Assembly: GCA_964016885.1 (NCBI GenBank)
Contig: OZ024743.1
Location: forward strand, 46,748,001 to 46,812,000
DNA length: 64,000 nucleotides
Source of the DNA: Eledone cirrhosa
Lineage: Eukaryota
Direction: 5' to 3'
Shown here: piece by piece, positions 17,439-28,900 of the stretch
How positions within the stretch are numbered: the stretch's first letter is position 1
How the letters are laid out: each line of letters begins with the position of its first letter
Notes under the pieces: generated by a model
The model's input: the letters and a program-made list of their open reading frames with translations, nothing else
What the model was told of the DNA's origin: nothing
Database searches by the model: none
Made by a program: the position numbers and the translations under genes

Positions 17439-20400
17439 CTACCCCACACCCCTCCCTCCCGCCCCCACACACCACCATACTTAATACGTGGACCAATCAT
17501 AAGCCAGAGCCCCCCCCCCCCCCCACGCATCACCATCATTATTATAAGCCAGAGCCCCCCCCCACGCATCACCATCATTATTATAAGCCAGAGCCCCCCA
17601 CCCCCACGCATCACCATTATTATTATTACGCGGACAAAATCATAAGCCAGAGGCCTATACTATCGCTTGCCCGGTTGCCTTCGATATATGATGGATGGAT
17701 GGATGGACGGACGGACTGCGGAATCCTGGAGAGTGGAAGGGAGAGAAAAATCTGGACGCTCAGAGCGAAAATGCCAAAGTTAAAGTCAAATTCACCTCGT
17801 GGACGAGAATGCGAGCACTCCTCTTTGTTTCGTCCGCGGATGGCTAACATAACCCTATCTCCTCCCGCCCCCCACCACCCCCACCCTCCAAACGCAACCC
17901 AAAACTTCAGAGTTGGTACCATAAATGTAGGCACCCTAAAGGGTCGCGCTAACGAGGTTGTAGAAATGCTTGAACGTAAGGAGGTCGATGTTTGTTGTAT
18001 TCAAGAGACCAGGTGGAGGGGTGGGTCTGCTAGATTCATTGAGGGTAAAAAACGATGTTATAAGCTTTTCTGGGTGGGAAACGACGATGAGCTGGGTGGA
18101 GTAGGAATCATGGTAGCAGAAAAGTGGGCAGATAAGATAATAGACGTAAATAGAGTGAACGACAGAATAATTAAAATAAGACTTGTCCTCAATAGAACTA
18201 CGGTGACAGTAATATCTGCGTACGCACCCCAATCCGGACTGCCCGGCACTATAAAAGACAGATTCTATGAGACACTGTTGCTAACTACCTCCCAAATATC
18301 TGACAGTGACTATATAATTATTGCAGGCGACCTAAATGGTCACGTTGGACAACATTGTGACGGCTACGACGAAATCCATGGAGGCTATAGGTTTGGTACT
18401 AGAAATGAGGAAGGCTCCAGAATCCTGGAATACTGTGATGCAAATAACCTAACTATCTGTAACACTAACTTCAAAAAACGTGACAATCACCTGATCACCT
18501 ATAGATCCGGGGAACACACAAGCCAGGTAGATTATATCCTTACCAGAAGACGTGACAGAGTGTCTGTTGTAAACACTAAATCCCTCCCCCATGAAGAATG
18601 CACCTCCCAACATAGACTGATAATTAGCGACCTCATAGTCAGGACGAGACGTACTCGACAGCAGAAGAGGACTATCCTCAGGAGAAAAATATGGAAACTA
18701 AAGGACCCCACAGCCAGAAATAAATTTCAAAGCATATTACTTGATGCTTTCGACAGTAAGGAAGAGCATCTAGAATCGGACAATATAGAGGGACAGTGGG
18801 AATTTCTGAAAGCAAACCTGCTGTTGGCGACAGACGAAGTCTGTGGCTGGAGCAGGCCTGTAGGCAGGAGGCGAGTAACATGGTGGTGGAACAGTAGGGT
18901 GGAGGGGTCAATTAAGGCCAAAAAGCAGGCTTGGAAAGTATGGCGGGATGGGGGAAGTAGAGTAGACTATCAAGTGGCCAGGAGGGAAGCTAGGAGAGAA
19001 GTGTACTTAGCAAGAAGGGAAGCTGAGGAAAGAAAGTTCAAGCATGTTCTACAATGCGATGACCAAAAACGTGAGGTGTTCAGTATTGCCAGGCAATGCG
19101 TCAAGGAAAACAGTGATATTGTCGGGGAGAAGTGTGTACTTAACGATGATGGCATACTTGCCATCACCGACACTGATAAGAAGGTAGCTTGGAAGTGTCA
19201 CTATGAAAGGCTACTAAACGAGGAGAATAAATGGGAGAAAGACAGTCTCCCCCATATCGACCCGATAGAGGGACCAGCAGTGTTAGTCGAGGGGAGTATA
19301 ATAAGTAAGGCAATCAAGGATATGAAGACTGGTAAGGCGGCTGGGCCTTCGGAAATAGTTGCTGAGATGCTGAAGGCATCTGGCACGGTGGGACACACCA
19401 TGGTCACCCGCATAGTTAACCAAGTCGTACAGAATGGGGTTGTTCCGAAGGACTGGCATAGCAGCATCATCGTTAACTGTTATAAGGGTAAAGGAGACGC
19501 CCTAGATAGGAGTAACTATAGAGGCATTAAATTAATCGACCAGGTCATGAAGGTCACGGAAAAAGTAATAGCGCAACTAATCAGAGAGAGAATTGATCAG
19601 GATGAAATGCAGTTCGGGTTTGTGTCAGGCAAAAGCACCACAGACGCTCTTTTCATAGTACGACAACTACAGGAGAAGTACCTAGCTAAAGGTAAACCCC
19701 TCTACTTAGCTTTTGTCGACATGGAGAAAGCCTTCGACAGAGTCCCCCGCTCCATTATCTGGTGGGCTCTTAGAAAACTAGGCGTTGACGAATGGCTTGT
19801 GAGGGCTATACAAGCCATGTATAAAGAAACAGTCAGCAAGGTTAGAATTAACAACGAATATAGTGAAGAGTTTAGCGTAAAAGTTGGCGTCCATCAGGGC
19901 TCTGTTCTCAGCCCCCTACTATTTATTATTGCCCTTCAGGCTATAACAGAGGAGTTCAAGACAGGCTGCCCATGGGAACTCCTATACGCAGACGACCTGA
20001 CACTCATAGCGGAATCAATGGCCGAGCTAGAGAAGAAATTCCAAACATGGAAGCACGGCCTAGAGTCAAAAGGACTTAAAATTAACCTGGCTAAGACCAA
20101 AGTTCTAGTTTGTAGGAAAGAAAACAAGGCGGCGGTCCCTTCTGGGAAATGGTCGTGCTCGGTATGTAGGAAAGGCGTAGGTAGAAACTCCATCTTATGT
20201 CCTAAATGCAAAGTATGGGTGCATAAAAGATGTAGTGGGATCACAGGTAAGCTAACTAAGAACATAGACTTTACATGTGGCCGGTGTTCTGGTGCAATAA
20301 GTAGCAGCAAGTGCCCACTAAATACTAACTCTTTCAATTGCGCAGAGGGTTCTATAGAAATAGTGGACAGCTTCCGTTACCTGGGCGATAAAATCAGCAG

Positions 20401-21297
20401 TGGGGGAGGGTGCTCTGAAAGTACTGTAGCTAGAGTCAGAACTGGTTGGAAAAAGTTCAGAGAGCTTATACCACTATTAGCTGCTAAAGGGTTCTCCCTA
20501 AAAATGAAAGGCAGGTTGTACGATGCCTGCATACGAACAGCAATGTTGCATGGTAGTGAGACCTGGGCATTGTGTGCAGAGGATATACGCAGACTAGAGA
20601 GGAACGAAGCTTGCATGCTCCGCTGGATGTGTAACAGTAATATACGTGAACGGCAAAGCATAAACGAACTAAGGAAAAAATTAGAGATAAGAGGGATCAG
20701 ATGTTGTTTACTCGAGAGAAGGCTGCGTTGGTATGGACACGTGATGCGCATGAAAGTCGATAGCTGTATTACAAAGTGCAGGGCAATAAAGATAGACGGT
20801 AGCCACGGAATAGGCAGACCTAGAAAAACATGGGATGAGCTGATAAACTCCGACCTCACACACTTACACCTCTCCAAGACAATGTCACTGGACCGAGACC
20901 TTTGTCGGTACTCAGTAACAGAGAAGACCCGCCTTGCCAGTAGGCATCTCTAACAAAATACACCCCGTCCCGCCACCACCCCCACCCCATCCACACCACC
21001 CCGTTCTATGTAAAGTTATGTTGGTGCCGCGCCATCCAGGCCGAAACAAATGAGATCGTGTAGGTGTCACGACAAAAAAACACACAGTCCACGCTGTAAT
21101 GTGGCCGTGTAGGCAACACGGTAAAAACCTCCCAGACCCACACTGTAAATGTGGTTGGTGTTAGGAAGGGCATCCAACTGTAGAAAACCTGCCAGACAGT
21201 CCTATGCGAGCAAGACAATCACTCTTGCCTCAAGTGGGACTACCCCCGTCCAAACCCATGCAAGCGTGGAACACGGACGTTAAACGTTGATGATGAT
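17439..21297 (+). mobile_element. Full-length RTE-clade LINE with C-rich 5'UTR, single ORF, 3'UTR and (GAT)n tail
   Basis: Single intact APE+RT ORF; 3' end aacccatgcaagcgtggaacacggacgttaaacgttgatgatgat. Confidence 0.95.
17771..20953 (+). CDS. RTE ORF: apurinic-like endonuclease + reverse transcriptase + PHD-like C4HC3 finger
   Basis: Motifs GTINVGT, CIQETRW, SAYAPQ, GDLNGHVG, SQVDYIL, SQH; RT NYRGIKL, QFGF, DMEKAFD, QGSVLSPLLF, YADD, FRYLG. No stops over 17675-20953; first in-frame ATG at 17771 (start codon uncertain). Confidence 0.93.
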   Translation: MPKLKSNSPRGRECEHSSLFRPRMANITLSPPAPHHPHPPNATQNFRVGTINVGTLKGRANEVVEMLERKEVDVCCIQETRWRGGSARFIEGKKRCYKLFWVGNDDELGGVGIMVAEKWADKIIDVNRVNDRIIKIRLVLNRTTVTVISAYAPQSGLPGTIKDRFYETLLLTTSQISDSDYIIIAGDLNGHVGQHCDGYDEIHGGYRFGTRNEEGSRILEYCDANNLTICNTNFKKRDNHLITYRSGEHTSQVDYILTRRRDRVSVVNTKSLPHEECTSQHRLIISDLIVRTRRTRQQKRTILRRKIWKLKDPTARNKFQSILLDAFDSKEEHLESDNIEGQWEFLKANLLLATDEVCGWSRPVGRRRVTWWWNSRVEGSIKAKKQAWKVWRDGGSRVDYQVARREARREVYLARREAEERKFKHVLQCDDQKREVFSIARQCVKENSDIVGEKCVLNDDGILAITDTDKKVAWKCHYERLLNEENKWEKDSLPHIDPIEGPAVLVEGSIISKAIKDMKTGKAAGPSEIVAEMLKASGTVGHTMVTRIVNQVVQNGVVPKDWHSSIIVNCYKGKGDALDRSNYRGIKLIDQVMKVTEKVIAQLIRERIDQDEMQFGFVSGKSTTDALFIVRQLQEKYLAKGKPLYLAFVDMEKAFDRVPRSIIWWALRKLGVDEWLVRAIQAMYKETVSKVRINNEYSEEFSVKVGVHQGSVLSPLLFIIALQAITEEFKTGCPWELLYADDLTLIAESMAELEKKFQTWKHGLESKGLKINLAKTKVLVCRKENKAAVPSGKWSCSVCRKGVGRNSILCPKCKVWVHKRCSGITGKLTKNIDFTCGRCSGAISSSKCPLNTNSFNCAEGSIEIVDSFRYLGDKISSGGGCSESTVARVRTGWKKFRELIPLLAAKGFSLKMKGRLYDACIRTAMLHGSETWALCAEDIRRLERNEACMLRWMCNSNIRERQSINELRKKLEIRGIRCCLLERRLRWYGHVMRMKVDSCITKCRAIKIDGSHGIGRPRKTWDELINSDLTHLHLSKTMSLDRDLCRYSVTEKTRLASRHL

Positions 21298-22583
<1,286 letters not shown>

Positions 22584-22585
<2 letters not shown>

Positions 22586-25424
22586 TTATCGTCCATCATC
22601 ATCTTTGTTTAACGTCCATTTAACACACTAGCATGGGTTAGCGGGAATTGTCCCACTTGAGGCAAGGCTGGTCGGGTGACCGTGTCTCGCTCATATCGGA
22701 CTATCTGGCAGGTTTTCTACGTCTGGATTCCCTTCCTAAGACCAACCACATTTACAGTGTGGAACTGGGTACTTTTTACCGTGTTACCTACATGGCCACA
22801 TTACAGCGTGGACTGTGTGTGTTTTTTTCGTCGTGACACCTACACGATCTCAATCTCATTTTCTCTTGCTGTTGGTGGGAGTGGGAGGATAGGGTAGAGG
22901 TAGTGGATTGGGGTGTATATTTGGTTAAGAGGTGCCTACTGACTAGGTTTCGCTTTATACATAGGCAAGGCGGGTCTTCTGTATTACTGCGTAGCGCCAA
23001 AGATCTTGGTCCAGAGACATTGTCTTAGAGAGATGTGTGTGAGGTCAGAATTTATCAGATCATCCCAGGTTCTTCTGGGTCTACCTACTCCATAACTACC
23101 ATCAATTTTGATCGCCCTGTACTTTTTTATGCAGCTGTCGTCTTTTATGCGCATCACGTGACCATACCAACGTAGTCTTCTCTCAAGTAAACAGCATGTG
23201 ATCCCTCTCATTCCTAATTTCTCACTTAGTTCATTTATACTTTGCCGTTCACGTATATTACTATTACACATCCAACGGAGCATGCATGCTTCGTTCTTTT
23301 CCAGTCCTCTGCACGTAATGCCCATGTCTCACTGCCATGTAGCATAGCTGTTCGTATACAGGCATCATACAATCTGCCTTTCATTTTTAGAGAGAAACCT
23401 TTTGTGGCCAACAGCGGTATAAGCTCTCTGAACTTTTTCCATCCCGTTCTGACTCTGGCTACTGTACTTTCAAAACACCCTCCACCACTGCTGATTTCGT
23501 CACCCAAGTAACGGAAAGTGTCTACTATTTCGATAGAACCATATGGGCAATGGAAGGAGCTAGTATCCTTTGGACACTTGCTACTTATTGCACCTGAGCA
23601 TTGGCCACATATAAAGTCTACGTTCTTCGATAGTTTACCTGTGATCCCACTACATCTTTTATGTACCCATACTTTGCATTTGGGACTTAAAATGGAATTT
23701 CTGCCTACTCCTTTCCTACACACTGAGCAGGGCCATTTCCCTGAGGGCACCTGTGCCCTATTTTCCTTTCTACAAACTAGAACTTTAGTCTTAGACAAGT
23801 TAACTTTAAGGCCTTTTGATTCTAGTCCATGCTTCCATGTTTCGAATTTCTTCTCTAGTTCAGCCATTGATTCAGCTATGAGCGTTAGATCATCTGCGTA
23901 TAGGAGTTCCCATGGGAAGCCGGTCTTGAACTCCTCTGTTATAGCCTGAAGGGCAATAACAAATAAGAGGGGGCTAAGAACAGAGCATTGATGAACACCA
24001 ACTTTTACACTAAATTCTTCACAATATTCATTGTTAATTCTAACCTTACTGACTATTTCATTACACATAGCTTGTATAGCTCTCACAAGCCATTCATCTA
24101 TACCTAGTTTTCTAAGAACCCACCAGATAAGGGAGTGGGGGACTCTGTCAAAAGCTTTCTCCAGGTCTACAAAAGCTACGTAGAGGGGTTTACTTTTAGC
24201 TAGGTACTTCTCTTGTAGTTGTTGTACAAGAAAAAGAGCGTATGTGGTACTTTTACCTGACACAAACCCAAACTGCATTTCATCTAGATCAATTCGTTCT
24301 CTGATTAGTTGCGCTATAACTCTTTCTGTGACCTTCATGACCTGGTCAACTAACTTAATGCCTCTATAGTTTCCCCTATCTAGAGCATCCCCTTTACCCT
24401 TGTAGCAGTTAATGATGATGCTGCTATGCCAGTTTTTCGGTCTGACCCCATTCTGTATTACTTGGTTAACTATACGGGTGACCATAGTGTGTCCCACCAT
24501 ACCAGATGCCTTCAACATCTCAGCAACTATCTCCAAGGCCCAGCTGCCTTGCCTGTCTTCATATCTTTGATTGCCTTACTTATTATACTACCTTTAACTT
24601 GCACCGCTGGTCCTTCTATTGGATCGATTTGGGGCAGACTATCTTTTTCCCATTTATTCTCCTCATTTAATAGTCTCTCATAGTGACACTTCCAGGCTAT
24701 CTTCTTATCAGTATCAGTGAGCGCAAGTACACCATTATCATTACGGACACACTTCTCCCCGACAATATCACGGTTTTCCTTGACACATTGTCTAACAATC
24801 CTGAACACCTCACGTTTTTGGTCCTCACGTTGCAGAACATGCTTGAACTTTCTATCCTCTGCTACCCTTTTTGCAAGGTACACTTGTATCCTAGCTTCTC
24901 TCCTGGCCACTTGATAGTGCTCTCTACTTCCCCCATCCTGCCATACTTTCCAAGCCTGCTTTTTGGCCTTGATTGTCTCTTCCACCTTACTGTTCCACCA
25001 CCAAGTTACTCTCCTCCTGCCAATAGGTCTGCTCCAGCCACAGATTTCATCCGTTGCTTTCAACAGGTTCACTTTCAAGAATTGCCACTGTTCCTCTATA
25101 TTGCACGTCTCTAATTGCTCTTCCTTATTGTCAAAGGCATCAAGTAATAAGCTTTTAAATTTGTCACTGGCTATGGGGTCCTTCAACTTCCATATTCTTC
25201 TCCTCAAGGTAGGCCTCCTCTGTCGTCGAGTACGTCTATTCCTGACTATGAGGTCACTAACTACTAGACTATGTTGGGAGGTGCATTCTTCACGGAGTAG
25301 GGATTTAGTGTTTACAACAGACACTTTGTCCCGTCTTCTAGTAAGGATATAATCTATCTGGCTGGCGTGTTCCCCTGATCTATAGGTGATCAAGTGGTTT
25401 TCACGTTTTTTTAAGTTTGTGTTA
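22584..25424 (-). mobile_element. RTE-clade LINE, 5'-truncated, frameshifted, related subfamily
   Basis: ORF pieces 24527-25424, 23235-24536 and 22984-23325 align collinearly with the 17771-20953 protein; frameshifts near 24535 and 23305; related 3'UTR. Confidence 0.93.
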
Positions 25425-25591
25425 CTCACTGTAAATGAGGTTAGTGTTAGGAAGGGCATCCAGTTGTAGAAATCAAACAAAAATCAGTTCCCATATGAGC
25501 AAGACAAGGTCAGCCGACCTAACATTGCCCACAACAGGACAACCCGTCTAACCCATGCTAGCGTGGAAGAATCAACGTAAAATGATGATGA
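25424..25591 (+). mobile_element. Short RTE 3'-tail fragment
   Basis: Matches 43777-43960 (actcactgtaaatgagg...acaacaggacaacccgtctaacccatgctagcgtggaagaa...gatgatga). Confidence 0.88.
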
Positions 25592-25829
25592 CATACACAC
25601 ACATATATACATTTTGGTTTGCAAACTAAAGGAACACGTGCTCAATTCCAAAGTAGAGGATATTAAATATTTTAATATAATATTAATATTTTAGGCCTTA
25701 ATGGTAGTGCCAGCCATGACTGCTCCCCAACACCCCTCACTTATTGAAGAGTTTGTTTTTTGGCTAGAGAAAACTAAAAAAGCTATTATCTTCAGACACA
25801 CAAAAATGAATTAATACATATCAACTCAC

Positions 25830-25942
25830 AAGGTCCTGGTTGTCCAGTCTTAGGACGACAGAATAAACAGTGATAGCCAGCATCAGCTGCTCGTTCTGCT
25901 TCATCCTCATTCTTTAGGCCATCACAACCAGCATGGAGCCAT
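25830..25942 (-). CDS. KMT2C: KMT2C-like exon U (WLHAGCDGLKNEDEAERAADAGYHCLFCRPKTGQPGP), last exon found
   Basis: tttctag acceptor, T|gtgagt donor, 113 bp; completes the last PHD of the second cluster. Confidence 0.93.
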
Positions 25943-28900
25943 CTAGAAAAATAGATTAGATTTCAATAATATAGATTATCAAACCTACACAAAAGAGTTT
26001 ATTTATAATAATAAATGGAGATTTCTGTGTGTGTGTCTATATGGTACTTGGACTTCGGCCAAATATACGTACTGAACTTAAGTAGTAGGGTAAATAAAGT
26101 TAAAGTTTGTCCCAAGGCCAGAGATTCATCAGGACAAAGTATACTCCAAGTTTGTTTGTGTTAATCGAGTACAAGACCTCACCCTGGACAGGGCACCCGT
26201 CCATTGTAGGGTTAACTCCCAACGGAATCAAATGGAGCAATATGACATTAAGTGTTTTGTTGAAGGACACAATGTGCAGCACAGTCCTAGAATTGAGAAC
26301 ACAACCTTACGATCATAAGCTCAACACCTTAACGACTAGGCCATCAACCTTCACACTAATTATTTAAGATCATCTTTCCCTCCAGCCAACATAAAAAGGC
26401 AAGCACATCTTTCCCGATAGGTTCTGGTCCTGCTATTGAAGGTAAGCTACAGCGACCACATTTTAAAGATAGTTCTTCTGTCAGCTGGTGATGGAGGCCT
26501 TGTATTTTTGAGAATGTATCACAGTTTGTAAGCATGTTTTTCTGAGCAAATACTCCCCTATATACATTGTTCATAACTAACTGCCCCCAAACCGATTCAT
26601 ATTCAAATAAGAATAGCAACATAAATCTTGTTACTATGTAAGTCATCATGTCATTTTACTATATAAACACATGCTAAACATCACCCAAAATTTCTTAAAG
26701 TGAAATCTGTGTTCTCTGAATTTTGGGGATATTTTTTTCATATTGAGTGTGCACATTTCTTTTTTTTCTCGTCTATGCCATAAAACAGAAACAATGAAGC
26801 ACAGATGAGTTGAGAGAATATCTAGCTACAAGAAGAATCGGTTGTTGCATGCAAGAAAAAAAACTGCACTAGATAAAAAGATTTGTCAAAAATTACAGGT
26901 GGAAGGAAGCCATGAAAGAGGAAGACTAAAGATAGAAGTGGTGAAAGTTGATCTCAGAATGTTGAAGATACAAAGGAGATGAAAAACAAATGGTGAAACG
27001 CTGTTTTGGAGAGAATCTGACCAACCCATACAAACAGGTAAAAGCAGGCGTAAAAATGCTGATGATGCAACTTCATTTCATGTTGTTTTTCATAATAGAG
27101 ATGGGAGCACCTATTAGTAAAACACCTGAGAAAGCTCCTACAATATACAACCTCCTCATAGGAAGCCAGCTAAACGTGAGCTTTAAATTTCATTTAATTT
27201 TTTCATTCAATGTAACAGAACTTACCTATCACACTGTACACACTGTATGACTACTTCTTCTTCTTTATAGGCTTTATAGCAACAACAACAAGTAGTCCTG
27301 CTGGAACATGGTCCACATAAAGTGTAATTATTTTGCCATTGTGACAAAAATCCAGGTGATGTTGAACCACAGTTAACACACCATACACACCTACAAAATA
27401 TGTATAACATAATTTTTTTAAATCTTCAATAAAACAATTAAAAATCATGATACCAAAAAAAAAAGGACCCAATCCACCCTGATGCCATGATAAAAAGCTC
27501 CTACTACACAGTAAGGCGGTTGGCATTGGGAAGGGCATCCAGCTTTAGAAAACCAAGTAAAAAAATGGAGCATATACGCATGACATGGTCACCTGACCTG
27601 TTTGGCCTCATCATGTAACAGCCCCTCTAACCCATGCAAGATTGAAAAATAAATGTTAAACAGTGATGATGATGACAATATAAAGACTAACCATATTTCT
27701 ATTAAAACACTGCCTGTGATTTCCAAAATATTTTGAAAATAATCAAGAATTTGAAGGATTTAAACTAACTTTCTCATTATTAAGTGTTCTTAAATAAAAT
27801 TATGATGTGAGGTTTAAATATGAACACTTTAAAAGAAGCAACTTTGTATAATAGAAATTGGAGTGGTTTCAGGTAGTTTGAAATCAGAAAGGTTAACTGA
27901 AATATTTTATCTTAAGTATAAATTTTTTTTTTATGAAACCCGTCAAAACAGTTAAAAAATAATTAGTAAATAATTTTTTTTTTTCAAATTCAACTTACCA
28001 TTTACACTTCCATGGTCCTTTAGGTACTTGATCCAAGGGTGGATCAAGGCAATATATATGATAGCTAATATCACATTCATCGCATAAAAGTAAGCGGCCT
28101 TCATCATGAGGTTTACCACAGCCTTCACACACAGTACAATCCAGGCAACGCCATCCCTTCTGAAGAACAACTTTGGTAACCTAAAAATTATAAAATGTAT
28201 TCCTTTTTTTTAGATAAAACAAACAAAAAGACAAAACAGAAATAAAAACAAGTTTAAAATATTAATAATCATTTTCTACTTTTATGTGTGTTCACTCCCC
28301 AGAGTGGGTGGTGTGTTGTGTCACTAAGTATGGCACTTCATTTTGTGTTACTCTATTATACTCTGCTGACAATGAGCACCAACAACAGTAGAGGGTTAGC
28401 CCAATGATGCCCATTAAATCAGGATAAGCTCGGAGCTTTGTCTAACATATGCAAGCCATGGAAAATCAGACACAAAATGACAACTGTATGTGAACATCAA
28501 TTTTACATCTGCTTTCCATGCCGTGAGTGAAATTGTGTAGACAAGAAGCTGTATGGAAACCCATCGAATTGACTGTACCTAAATGTGGGTGTCTTTAACA
28601 GGGACCACCCTGCAAGTATTCAGATTAGTTTCTTTTGTACCACCAGGTTATATAAAAAGAATCAAGGGACCTGTCTACCTCCTCCACAGGCTAAAACCAT
28701 TAAGATGAAAAAAGAAATTGAAACTACAAGGAAACATCATTTTATGTGCACTTTCCATGTTGTCATGAATTGGATGAGTTGTCACAATTTAAAACTAGAA
28801 AGGTTGAAGAATCTCGTCTTGCTTATACATTCAATTTTTGGCATGGTTTCTACAGTAGGATGCCCTTCCTCCACAGGCTAAAACCATTAAGATGAAAAAA

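Noticed and set aside
17439-17770. HDV-like ribozyme expected at some RTE 5' ends
   Set aside because: I could not fit a nested double pseudoknot by eye here or at 40288-40535; a descriptor search would be needed.
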